Shown here: one piece after another, positions 1 through 11,700 of the stretch
Layout: each line of letters opens with the position of its first letter
Numbering within the stretch: position 1 is the first letter of the stretch
NCBI GenBank assembly: GCA_044892505.1
Contig: CM097882.1
Location: forward strand, 161,696,001 to 161,760,000
DNA from: Schmidtea nova
Lineage: Eukaryota
Direction: 5' to 3'
DNA length: 64,000 bases
Position numbers and translations under genes: made by a program
The notes under the pieces: model-generated
Database searches by the model: none
Told to the model about the DNA's origin: nothing
The model's input: only the letters and a program-made list of their open reading frames with translations

Positions 1-452
1 AATGTCTTTGTTATGAAATTTGGCAATAAATTGTCTTTGTTTAGTTTTTTGGCATTGAAATGTCTTTGTTATGAAATTTGGCAATGAAATGTCTTTGTTT
101 ACGTTGCATGTGGATTGCAATGTCTTTGTTAATGTTGCATGTGATTGCAATGTCACTGTTAATGTTGCACATGGATTGCAATGTCTTTGTTATGAAATTT
201 AAAATATCGTTGTTAAGAAATTCGGCAATGATTTGTCTTTGTTTAGTTTTTTGGCAATGAATTGTCTTTGTTATGAAATTTGGCAATGAATTGTCTTTGT
301 TATGAAATTTGGCAATGAATAGTCTTTGTTAAGGTTTTTGACAATGAATTGTCTTTGTTAAGAAATTTGGCAATTAAATGTCTTTGTTTACGTTGCACGT
401 GGATTGCAATGTCTTTGTTAATGTTGCACATGGATTGCAATGTCTTTGTTAT
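1..452. repeat. ~24-30 bp minisatellite with core AATGTCTTTGTT
   Basis: About 14 copies of (T)GTCTTTGTT read directly; an inverted homologous array lies at 41230-41870. Confidence 0.9.
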
Positions 453-569
453 GAGTAATCGATGACGTGACTTATTTAAAAATTGAAATGAGTTATCGAT
501 GAGTCATGATGTGAGTCATCGATGAGTCATAATGGTGAGTCATAAGGACGAGTCATCGATGAGTCATAA

Positions 570-2735
570 AAATAAAAAATAAAATTTGTGTTAAAAAAAT
601 TTGTGTTAAAAAAATTGTGTTAAAAAAAATTTTGAAAAAAAATTTTTAACGCGAAAAAAAAAATTTGAAAAAAAATTTTTGGCGCGAAAAAAAAATTTGA
701 AAAAAAATTTTTGGCGCGAAAAAAAAAATTTTAAAAATTTTTTTTTGGGGCGAACCCCCCCCCCCGGAAGGCTCGGTAACTAAAAAGTCTTTGTTTGAAT
801 TTTTACGCCCACACATTTCTTTGTCTTTGACTCCACACGTGTTGCAAAGTTTTCGAAGACTCATATTTGTGTTAAAAAAATTTGTGTTAAAAAAAAAACT
901 TCGTGTTAAAAAAAAATTTGTGTTAAAAAAATTTGCGTTAAAAAAATTTGCGTTAAAAAAAAAATTTGTGTTAAAAAAATTTGTGTTAAAAAAATTTGTG
1001 TTAAAAAAATTGTTAAAAAAAATTTTGAAAGAAAATTTTTGGCGCAAAAAAAAAATTTGAAAAAAAAATTTTTGGCGCAAAAAAAAATTTGAAAAAAAAT
1101 TTTTGGCGCGAAAAAAAAAATTTTAAAAATTTTTTTTTGGGGCGAACCTTTCCCCCGGGGGGGGCTCGGTAACTAAAAAGTCTTTGTTTGAATTTTTACG
1201 CCCACGCATTTCTTTGTGTTTGACTCCACACGTGTTGCAAAGTTTTCGATGACTCATATTTGTGTTAAAAAAAAATTGTTAAAAAAATTTGTGTTAAAAA
1301 AAAATTTGTGTTAAAAAAATTTGTGTCAAAAAAAATGTGTTAAAAAAAAATTTGTGTTAAAAAATTTGTGTTAAAAAATGTGTTAAAAAAAAATTTGTGT
1401 TAAAAAAATTTGTGTTAAAAAAATGTGTGAATAAAAATTTGGGTTAAAAAAATTTGTGTTAAAAAAAATTTGTGTTAAAAAAATTTGTTAAAAAAATTTG
1501 TGTTAAAAAAAAAATTTGTGTTAAAAAAATTTGCGTTAAAAAAATTAGCGTTAAAAAAAAAATTTGTGTTAAAAAAATGTGTTAAAAAAAAATTTGTGTT
1601 AAAAAAATTTGTGTTAAAAAAATTTGTGTTAAAAAAATTTGTTAAAAAAATTTGTGTTAAAAAAATTTGTGTTAAAAAAATTTGTGTTAAAAAAAAATTT
1701 GAAAAAAATTTTGGCGCGAAAAAAAATTTGAAAAAAAAATTTTGGCGCGAAAAAAAATATTTGAAAAAAAATTTTGGCGCGAAAAAAAAATTTGGCTCGA
1801 ACCACCCCCCCGCGGGGGGGGCTCGGTAACTAAAAAGTCTTTGTTTGAATATTTACGCCCACGCATTTCTTTGTGTTTGACTCCACACGTGTTGCAAAGT
1901 TTTCGATGACTCATATTTGTGTTAAAAAAAAATTTGTTAAAAAAAAAAATTTGTTAAAAAAATTTGTGTCAAAAAAATGTGTTAAAAAAAAATTTGTGTT
2001 AAAAAAATTTGTGTTAAAAAAATTTGTTAAAAAAATTTGTGTTAAAAAAAATTGTGTTAAAAAAAATTTGTGTTAAAAAAAAAATTTGAAAAAAATTTTG
2101 AAAAAAAATTTTGGCGCGAAAAAAAAATTGGCTCGAACCCCCACCCCCCCCCCCCCCCCCCCGGGAGGGCTCGGTAACTAAAAAGTCTTTGTTTGAATTT
2201 TTACGCCCACGCATTTCTTTGTGTTTGACTCCACACGTGTTGCAAAGTTTTCGATGACTCATATTTGTGTTAAAAAAAAATTTGTTAAAAAAATTTGTGT
2301 TAAAAAAAAATTTGTGTTAAAAAAATTTGTGTCAAAAAAAATGTGTTAAAAAAAAATTTGTGTTAAAAAATTTGTGTTAAAAAATGTGTTAAAAAAAAAT
2401 TTGTGTTAAAAAAATTTGTGTTAAAAAAATGTGTGAAAAAAAATTTGGGTTAAAAAAATTTGTGTTAAAAAAAATTTTGAAAAAAAAATTTTGGCGCAAA
2501 AAAAAATTTGAAAAAAATTTTTGGCGCGAAAAAAAAAATTTTAAAAAAAAATTTTTGGCGCAAAAAAAAAATTTGAAAAAAAAATTTTGGCGCGAAAAAA
2601 AAATTTGAAAAAATTTTTTTGGCGCGAACCCCCCCCCCCCCCCTTTTCCCCCGGGGGGGCTCGGTAACTAAAAAGTCTTTGTTTGAATTTTTACGCCCAT
2701 GCATTATGACTCATTTCTTTGTGTTTGACTCCACA
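570..2735. repeat. Higher-order repeat: five conserved ~120-bp blocks separated by variable (TTTGTGTTAAAAAA)n and (TTTTGGCGCGAAAA)n arrays
   Basis: The block GCTCGGTAACTAAAAAGTCTTTGTTTGAAT...GACTCCACACGTGTTGCAAAG (last copy truncated) recurs at ~771, 1164, 1821, 2169 and 2659, each preceded by a C-run/G-run. Confidence 0.9.
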
Positions 2736-4651
2736 CATCTACCTACTTTTATATTAATATATATTTGTCACAGTTAAATTTTGATATAATAATTTAATAT
2801 AAGTAATTAATTTGATATAAATAATTTGAAAATTTTATATAAAATCTGATATTTGATATCAGATATAATTCGATATAATAATATATAATATTTATAAAAT
2901 ATAAATTGAATAATGAGAAGATATAATTGATTTAAGATATGGTAGGCCGTATATCGGGTAACGAAACGGAGGGTTTAGAATCTTTTTTTAAAAAAAAACA
3001 TATCCCTCTTGGTATACTATAAACTACGAATTTACATGGGCAGTCGAAATGTAAATGTAGATGTTTGTATGTGGTTGTAGTTGAATGAGACGAGACATAA
3101 TGACTGTGTATTCTATTGTTACTGTCGTGTTTGCGGGTGATTTGTGGATAGGTGGTCGGAACAATTGAGTGTTTGTGAGTGTGGTTAGACTGCTATGCTA
3201 ACTAACATGTCTGTGTGGAATTTCCAGTATGGTTTGCTTGTGTGTATATGATTGTTGAATGCTATTGAATGATACTGTGTATGTGTGTACATTGTGTTTT
3301 AATTAGAGGTTGCTTGTGTATTAGTATGGATGATGCTATTGAATGAAATGGACGTAATTTTTTGCAAATAGGGATGCGTTATGATTTTGAGATATCGTGG
3401 GGGTAGTTATAATATATTATATTTAACTTGTATAAAATATTTTTAGAATAATAATAATAATTTCCACAATACTTTTTATAAATTTCAAATTTATAATTTT
3501 ATGAAAGTTAAATAATGATAAAATTTATAATTTTTGTAATATATATTTTTGAATTTAAATTTTCATATTTTAAGGATATATATATTAATCATAAAATTTT
3601 TCTATAAAATCTCGAATTTGGAATTTTATAAAATGATAAAAATTATTAATATAATAATAAAATTTTGATTTATAATTTTTATGGGGTTTGATATAACTTT
3701 TGATTTACAAATTCTCTGGAATTTTATGAAATGATAAAATTTTTTATATAATAACAATATTTTCGGTTTATAATTTTTCGATATAGTTTTTGATGTGCAA
3801 ATTTCTAGGAAAATTTTTGGTTCACAATTTTTCATTATAAGAATTTTGTAATATAATAAAAAGTCAATTTTTTATTTTTTGATCAAAATGAAATAATAAT
3901 AAATTTCGAAATCCAAATAAGCATTCAATCTAAAAAGTTCTATACCCTGAATAAAAATAAAAATAAAATAAGTTATAAATTCTTCAAAGAATATTTTTCG
4001 ACATCGAGCAAAATGAACTTCGATTTCGTTGAGCATGAATTTCCCAACCAAAGTGCGCACGAATTTTTCGGGACGCTTCACTTAGGAACTTCAGGCTCCC
4101 GAAAACAAGGTTCACCGGAGAAAATTATTTAGGCGATAATGAGTTTAAATCAGATCAAATCAATACTTGTTTTCACAATTCGTTTCATTTCGTGATCATT
4201 ATACTAACTGAGCATTATTTCGAACAATTTTCTTTTCGACATTAGCTTCCAATTTTCTTTGCGTTTCTCTGATTCGTATTGGAGTTACAATATTTCTACA
4301 TCATCATCAAGTGGTTTTCCATCATATTTCAGGTAAAACGGTAATTCAAATGGTAATCTCTTTTTAATCTCTTTGTTATTTGTTGTTAATAATACTTTCA
4401 TCTCTTTCAGTTCTGAATCTGGGAAATTGATTTTAAATTTGCATTTCCTCGGGTCAACACTTGCCCGTTCCATTCGTTTCCATTTTCTCATAATTTTATC
4501 GAATTTTACTGGATACCAAGTGTATGATCGTCTATATTTCTCGATCTCTCTCACTATCAATTTCATTGTTTATATATTTTTACTAATTTCGAAAATCCAC
4601 TTTGCTAATTCAACTACTATTTCACTTTTTTTTGCACCATTTCTTAAGATA

Positions 4652-5435
4652 CGTGGTGCACCCAATAAGTCGTGAGACTAAAATAGAAAGACTTAAGATA
4701 TCAACACAAAACTTTGTATTAAGAACAAGCATGGTAAATAAGCATCATTTATCAAAATAATTTCTTTCTGCACTGACACAAATTTCCCAACGAATAACGA
4801 GGTTTTCGAAGGCATTTTTGAAGAATTCTGGAGGCTTTTCTCCCAGAAAACTCTATACGGCTGCTCTCAAATCATGTTTGTTGGCAAACACCTGGCCCCG
4901 CAGATGCTTCTTAAGATGATTAAACAGGAAAAAATCGGAGCGAGCCAAATCGGGGCTGTATGGTGGACGGGGAAGCAAATTGAGCCCGCAACGCTCAATT
5001 TTAGCCATGGAAACGCTGCTGGTGTGGATGGGAGCATTATCGTATAAAAAATAGAGATCACACACTCTGCTCTTGCGTCGTGCTTTCCCTGCTTGCTGCA
5101 CGATATTGGAGTAGTAAGAAATAGATAATAATACCATTGGCGTCCCAAAACACCGTCAGCATGAGAGCCTTTCGGTGGCAAGTTGAGGACCGCATTTTCA
5201 GTGAGCTGATTTCTCCTGGCAGTTTCCATTCTTGAGACTCTCTTTTAGATTCGGGGACATAAAGGGATAACGGTGTCTCGTCCACAGTGATGATATTATC
5301 AATGAAACAATAATGGATTATTAAAACAAAATACATTTTCTTTACCTATATATGTTGAAGTTTAAATATGTCTGTATCAATTTTTTTACTATTATTATTT
5401 TTATATTAGTCTCACGACTTATTGGGAGCACCACG
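4652..5435 (-). mobile_element. mariner (DD34D) element, internally deleted
   Basis: ~29-bp TIRs CGTGGTGCACCCAATAAGTCGTGAGACT / AGTCTCACGACTTATTGGGAGCACCACG flanked by TA. Transposase motifs ITVDETPL, YDNAPIH and PYSPDLARSDFFLF lie in frameshifted ORFs 5058-5336 and 4853-5137. Confidence 0.92.
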
Positions 5436-6469
5436 TATTAATTAATTGTTCAATCTTTCGTGCTTCTGTTTTTTCTGATTCTTCTGGATTTGTTAGTTCA
5501 TTCTTTTCTTTCGCATTTGGACTCATTTTTACTGCTTCGTCTATGATGATTGTTAATAATTTTTGTGTTACTGCTTCCCGTTTTGATCCGTATAGAGATA
5601 TTCTATTTTTCGCTTGTGCTACATGCATCATCGTCGCTTCTTCGTTCTTTTCTTTTTAGTTGTACCTCTGGATTAACTTCTTCTTTCTCCTTCATCCATT
5701 AATTTTATTGATATTTAAAATTCTTTATCTTTTAGGTCAATCTCCACATCTGATGTTTCATTTATCATATCGTTTACTTTTTCCATGATATTCTTTCAAA
5801 ATTCCATTTTATCTTTTGTGATGGTCTTTATCTAAAAAAGCTTCATCCATTATTTTATTGGCAAATAAGTGTGTGTATGTGTAAATAATTAGTGAAAGTA
5901 CCAGATATTTTTCATTAATATTTTAAAATGTCCAACTTAACATCAAATGGTAATTTTTGATTAATTTTTTACCATTTATTTTAGAAAAACTAATGCAAAT
6001 TTTAATTTCTGATACAGGGGAGCTTTATCAATATTTTTAAAAAGGTTTGATAAACTGGGCACCGGGAATTATACTATTGCAAATATAGATGTCAACCAGA
6101 ATAGATCTCAATGCTGTTTTATTGGATCATTTAAAGACGATTGATAAGGAACTATTGGTACTAATCTATCACGAACCTCGTGTATGTCGACGGGAAGGTT
6201 TCGTTGATCGTTCAGAGAACTATTACGTATGGATTCTAAAAAATAAGTTAAGAGAATATCATTTTTCAACCATTGTAGATAAATGTTAAAATATTGTTGA
6301 TAACTGTTCAACCAGTGATGAAAACTCATGATTAATAATATATGTTTAATTTGTTTTTATGTTCGATTTTTAATTACATGTATTTTATAGTATTTAATTT
6401 TGAAAAAAAATATAAGCTCAAGAGTAATAAATGAGTGATAAAAAGAGTAATACATGACAAATCCAATAC

Positions 6470-6730
6470 AGGTGCATTGCAATTCAGATCAGGGATTTGT
6501 TGAACTCATTCCAAAACGTTGATGCTGTGCTGCAGAAATAATTCCTTCATAATATGCGAAGTATGGATTGGTGCATTATCCTGTTGGAAACTGAGTCCCT
6601 CAATTTCTGGGAGAAAAGGAACAAGCTAATTTTTCAGAATGGCCACTGAGGTCATGTGATTGCCACACTTCAAAAGAGGACCAGTTCCACGAGCTGGGTA
6701 AAGACTCCAAAACATGATCTGAATATTCCT
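6470..6730 (-). pseudogene. Tc1-like (DD34E) transposase fragment
   Basis: Manual minus-strand translation gives IMFWS...FQQDNAPIHTSHIMKELF...E*VQQIPDLN. Confidence 0.7.
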
Positions 6731-6873
6731 ACAATGACTTTCAAATTTACCAACATCTCAAATTTCAATGCTTCAATATGGAAGATTACTGTTTCGATAA
6801 TGCCCACACCAATCAACAATATCTACGAATTCCGAATAACAAAAACGTGGACACTTTGATTTTTTTAATTGTA

Positions 6874-6966
6874 AAACTAGAAGCTAAAACTCCTGGGGTT
6901 GATATTTCATCGATCGGACAAATCGGCGTCGGATCCTATTCAGCATATTTTGAAGCTGACAAAGAG
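6874..6966 (+). pseudogene. HSP90: Hsp90 N-terminal ATPase fragment
   Basis: GVDISSIGQIGVGSYSAYFEADK resembles the Hsp90 motif [21 protein letters not shown]; no other Hsp90 sequence is nearby. Confidence 0.7.
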
Positions 6967-7261
6967 AATCACTTCACTAAATATTTATTTTGGACTTTTT
7001 AATTAATTTTCCACTCGAATTTATTACATTTAAATTTTATTTGTACTCCTCTATAATTTCAACAATTGTCAATTAAATGTTTGCTACTTATTATATATCA
7101 AAAATTGTGTTTTAATAATTTTGCACAGAATTTTTAAAGCAGATTTACCGAACATATCTATGAAAAATCGTTATTGATACGGTTTATTATAAGAGAACAC
7201 GACTGAAAAATTTTTATTTTATAATAGTTCAAATCTTACAAATCCTTTATAAAAAAACTAC

Positions 7262-8556
7262 TTATACGATTTTATTAATTCTTTTAGGAGTTGCTGCTAA
7301 ATCTGGTTTAACATTGGAACATTTAATAAGAAGGCTCTCATATCCCAGTCTTATACAACAGATCAATAGAAATTGTATTGAATATTGTATAACCAAAGCA
7401 CCAAAGCCTTTATATAAACCTCCAGAACCTTCTCCGCGTTCCGTTTCGTTGAGAATGGTATTGAGAGCGTGTCTTGTGCCATAATAAGCAGTTGAAATGG
7501 GTACCATTTCATATGGATTATCCATATTGTCTATAAGAACTCGAGTACCCTGTATACATAGCCTATTTACGATTACTTCCATCGGGAATAATATGACATC
7601 AGCTGTGAAAGACCCTATTACTGTACTGAAAAGTTCACAGTAATATTTATAATAAACATCATCTAGCTGATTGTCTGGTCTATTAGGATTCTGAAATTAA
7701 TTATATATATATATATATTTATTTATTTATTTATTGTGAATGAGTGTGAGTTGTGTAGGAGAAGCTGTAGAACCCGAGAGAGTCGCCTATTAATTGTTGG
7801 GACACTCGGGATGCGTGCTGTGTAATTGCAGAATTTAATAACGACAAAAAATATAATAATAAAATTAATTAATTATTCACAAATAAGTTATAACAATATA
7901 AAGTTCTATTATTACGAGCTATAAAATATTACTTTCACTTTGGGAATAAGTGGGTCGACTTTGATTGGGAAAGGAATTTCGGAATTGAAAAAAAAACTAT
8001 CTATGAATTTTATTTTCTCTGACCAAAACTTCACTCGGGTTAAATTTTAATTCAATTCGTTTGATATTAGACTAGGAATTTCTTGGTAATATTCTTTTAG
8101 TTTTTATCTGATTTGATTCGTTTACTTCTTTCAAAAGAATAATTATATTTTCTATTTCGTTTTTTTCCTCTAGTTGTTTCCTATATTTTCTTTTTCTGTT
8201 TTAATTCCCTCAGTGGCTTCCTAGTATTTTAGAATATAAACTCTTATTTGTTGGGATTTTAGATAGTCCAAATTCCTTTGTGATTCTCTGGATTGTTTCT
8301 TATTTTTTTGTTAGTTGATTTTGATTATTAAAATTTTATTCAAAATAATCAATTTTCAAATTATTGTCATTAGCTTACTATAGTAACTATAGTAAGCTAA
8401 TGACAATAATTTGAAAATTGATTATTTTGAATAAGATTTTAATAATCAAAATCAACTAACAAAAAAATAAGAAACAATCCATAGAATCACAAAGGAATTT
8501 GGACTATCTAATTTGGACTATAGTAAGCTACTGGATTCAAATTGAAAATTTGAATT

Positions 8557-8594
<38 letters not shown>

Positions 8595-8669
8595 CGTAAC
8601 GACACTAATAATAAAAATACTAATAACAAAAAAAAACAAATCATTATAATTAACTTTTGGGTTCACCAC

Positions 8670-8760
<91 letters not shown>

Positions 8761-11700
8761 AAATCTTAATTCAAGATTCATAACATATAAAATTCATCCT
8801 TTTATGAATCTTATTTATTTTCAAAAGACCTCTTTATAATATTTTAATTATTCATTTAAAAATAATAGAAAAACATGGCATCTCAATAAAACGATTTTAA
8901 CACAAATTAGTGGTTAATATACCAAGTATTAATGAAGCTATGTTGAAAAGTAATATAAAAAATCCTAATCTCATATCTTGATTCTAAATAGGGTAGCCAA
9001 CATACGTTCTGACGTCATTACTTACTGACGTCATTACTGACGTCATCATTAAAATTATTACTTCGCCACCAAACTAAAAACTTTTTCGTCAATAATAATA
9101 TTATTCATAACTTGTGTGAGCATCTAGTTTGATCTAATTGCATTTGTTGGGGTTGATATGAAATTATGGAAATAAAAGCGAGGAAAACCAAAAACATCGT
9201 TAGAAGCATCAAAATATTTACAGTACAAAAATTTATTAAAATTTTAGAAAAATTAAAAATTAACATTTTCCGAGGGAAACAAGTATGGTTGAACACAGAA
9301 AAGGAAAAAACTCAAATATAACAAATAAAAATTTAGTGAGGAGTCCTTAGAGAAAGTAATAAGAAAAAAAACAAATTTCAAATTAATTAATCCCATAATG
9401 GGAAGCCCGAGATGTGAAAAGAACCGAGCCCGAGTAATCAATAAAATATTTAATGTCATTTACAGTAAATTACCCAAAGAGCCGACCCGGGAAAATCACT
9501 CCGGAATTTCGGAAATAATTGTCAAACAGCAATCAAAATATTTTGACAGAGACAGTATAAAAAGGGGAGCTGTTGATAAATAAGGCAACTCTACTCAACA
9601 ACCTGATAACAGAGTCGGAACGTATACCATTCAATTACAATGAGTTAGAGGTTGGTAAAATCAGAAGAGAAACAAATTCTTGGTTAAAATATTAACCATA
9701 TTGACGTTCATAAAAGGTGATTTCCCTTGGGTAACCTGCCGTACGTCAATAAACCTTGTTACCGAAAAAGAAGTGCAAATATTGTGACAACCGTGATTTG
9801 TTTTTGAAAAGTCAATAAATTTGTTCTGGTTTTGGTTTTTGTCAATTGATTTATAAAGAAAGGACACATTGAGTCAGAGATTAACCGACTTATTGCATAA
9901 TAACCAAACACATGCATAGATAGCGGTGTACGACATTTAACTATATTTTTATTTCGCATTTCTTTTCATGACGCCATGACTACCAGTTTGAGAACCATAG
10001 GTATATGAAACGTCTTTGGATTTTATTAAAATCATATTATTTCTTAAATTTTAAATTAAATAAACCACCGTAAAATTGCTGTAAAATTTTCTTTATATTT
10101 TTTGTATTTATAAATTATTAACCGCTCCTAATATTTAAAATACTTAATGTATAAATGCAAATAACTACGATTAAGAATTACTTAATAAGTTCAGTTGAAA
10201 TAATTTAATAATAAATTTTCATAAGTAGCCGAGGAGAAATGTTCAAACGCTTCTATTCATCCTTTTTGGCGCGCTAAACCCCTGATAAACAATGGATTTA
10301 GAAAATAATTTGCAACGGGTTGCATATAGATTATATACATCTAGAAATTTCTCTTTTTTAATCTTAAGTAGGCTAAGTACTTCTCAAAAAAATGTTCAAT
10401 GGATCTTTAAAAGAGCATGATCCTGAGCTTGACCAAAATATGAAGAAAGTTTGGAATTTCTTATAATTTTTATAATGTTTTTATAGCTACTTTATAATAA
10501 CTTCTGAATATATTTTAATTTAAAAAAATTTAATTACAGTATTCTAGCTTACAAAAATATTCAATGCTTATATTTTCAATGTATGCTTTCAGGACTCCTC
10601 TATAGTTCCCCCCATTGAATATTGTATAACATTATAATTATAAGATATTATAATTTATTGTAACGGATTATGTTTTAATTNNNNNNNNNNNNNNNNNNNN
10701 NNNNNNNNNNNNNNNNNNNNNNNNNNNNNNNNNNNNNNNNNNNNNNNNNNNNNNNNNNNNNNNNNNNNNNNNNNNNNNNNNNNNNNNNNNNNNNNNNNNN
10801 NNNNNNNNNNNNNNNNNNNNNNNNNNNNNNNNNNNNNNNNNNNNNNNNNNNNNNNNNNNNNNNNNNNNNNNNNNNNNNNNNNNNNNNNNNNNNNNNNNNN
10901 NNNNNNNNNNNNNNNNNNNNNNNNNNNNNNNNNNNNNNNNNNNNNNNNNNNNNNNNNNNNNNNNNNNNNNNNNNNNNNNNNNNNNNNNNNNNNNNNNNNN
11001 NNNNNNNNNNNNNNNNNNNNNNNNNNNNNNNNNNNNNNNNNNNNNNNNNNNNNNNNNNNNNNAAAATAAATATTATTACGTGTAAGTAAACATAGTTCAT
11101 CTATTACTGAATACTTTTCATACAATATTCAATGGTTAAAGAGTAACTTTAAAAGAGCAAGTTCCGGAACCTATTTAATTAGAAAAATAGACCTTTATAA
11201 CATCAAATTTTAGATTATTTTGTATATAAAACTAATTTTACTGTATATTTTTAAAATATTTTAAAAACAAAAAAATAACAGATTACTTTTCTTATTTTCT
11301 TATAAATTTATAGCTTTCAAGTGGCAAGATATATTTACGGGAACAAGAAAGACTAGTTTTTTAATATAATACCCGGAAAAAATTTAAACAGTCTTAAAAA
11401 AATAACAAGAAAGAATTTAAGATGAAATAAAGAAATTTGTTAGATATCAGAAAAATTAAGTTATAAAATTATTTTACAAAAATAATAAAAAACCCGAAAC
11501 TAATATCCTGTGTGTCTTCCTTTGGCTTTGATGTTTATTTAATACTTAATGCTGCTACCNNNNNNNNNNNNNNNNNNNNNNNNNNNNNNNNNNNNNNNNN
11601 NNNNNNNNNNNNNNNNNNNNNNNNNNNNNNNNNNNNNNNNNNNNNNNNNNNNNNNNNNNNNNNNNNNNNNNNNNNNNNNNNNNNNNNNNNNNNNNNNNNN

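Larger units (their letters stand above)
1..2747 (-). mobile_element. Polinton/Maverick-type terminal region (right end of an element lying left of the window)
   Basis: Ends ...CATCTACCTACT at 2747 (reverse complement AGTAGG), the same hexamer that begins the pPolB/MCP element at 54119 and the related terminal region at 36595. 450-570 (GATGAGTCAT cluster) is homologous to the reverse complement of 36690-36750. The 1-452 minisatellite matches 41230-41870 in reverse. Confidence 0.7.

Noticed and set aside
41-2704. ORFs in the track such as KKFVL/NFFNT repeats
   Set aside because: Translations of minisatellites.
750-2735. CRISPR-like look of conserved blocks with variable spacers
   Set aside because: Blocks are ~120 bp, spacers are low-complexity tandem repeats of each other, the context is eukaryotic and there are no cas genes.
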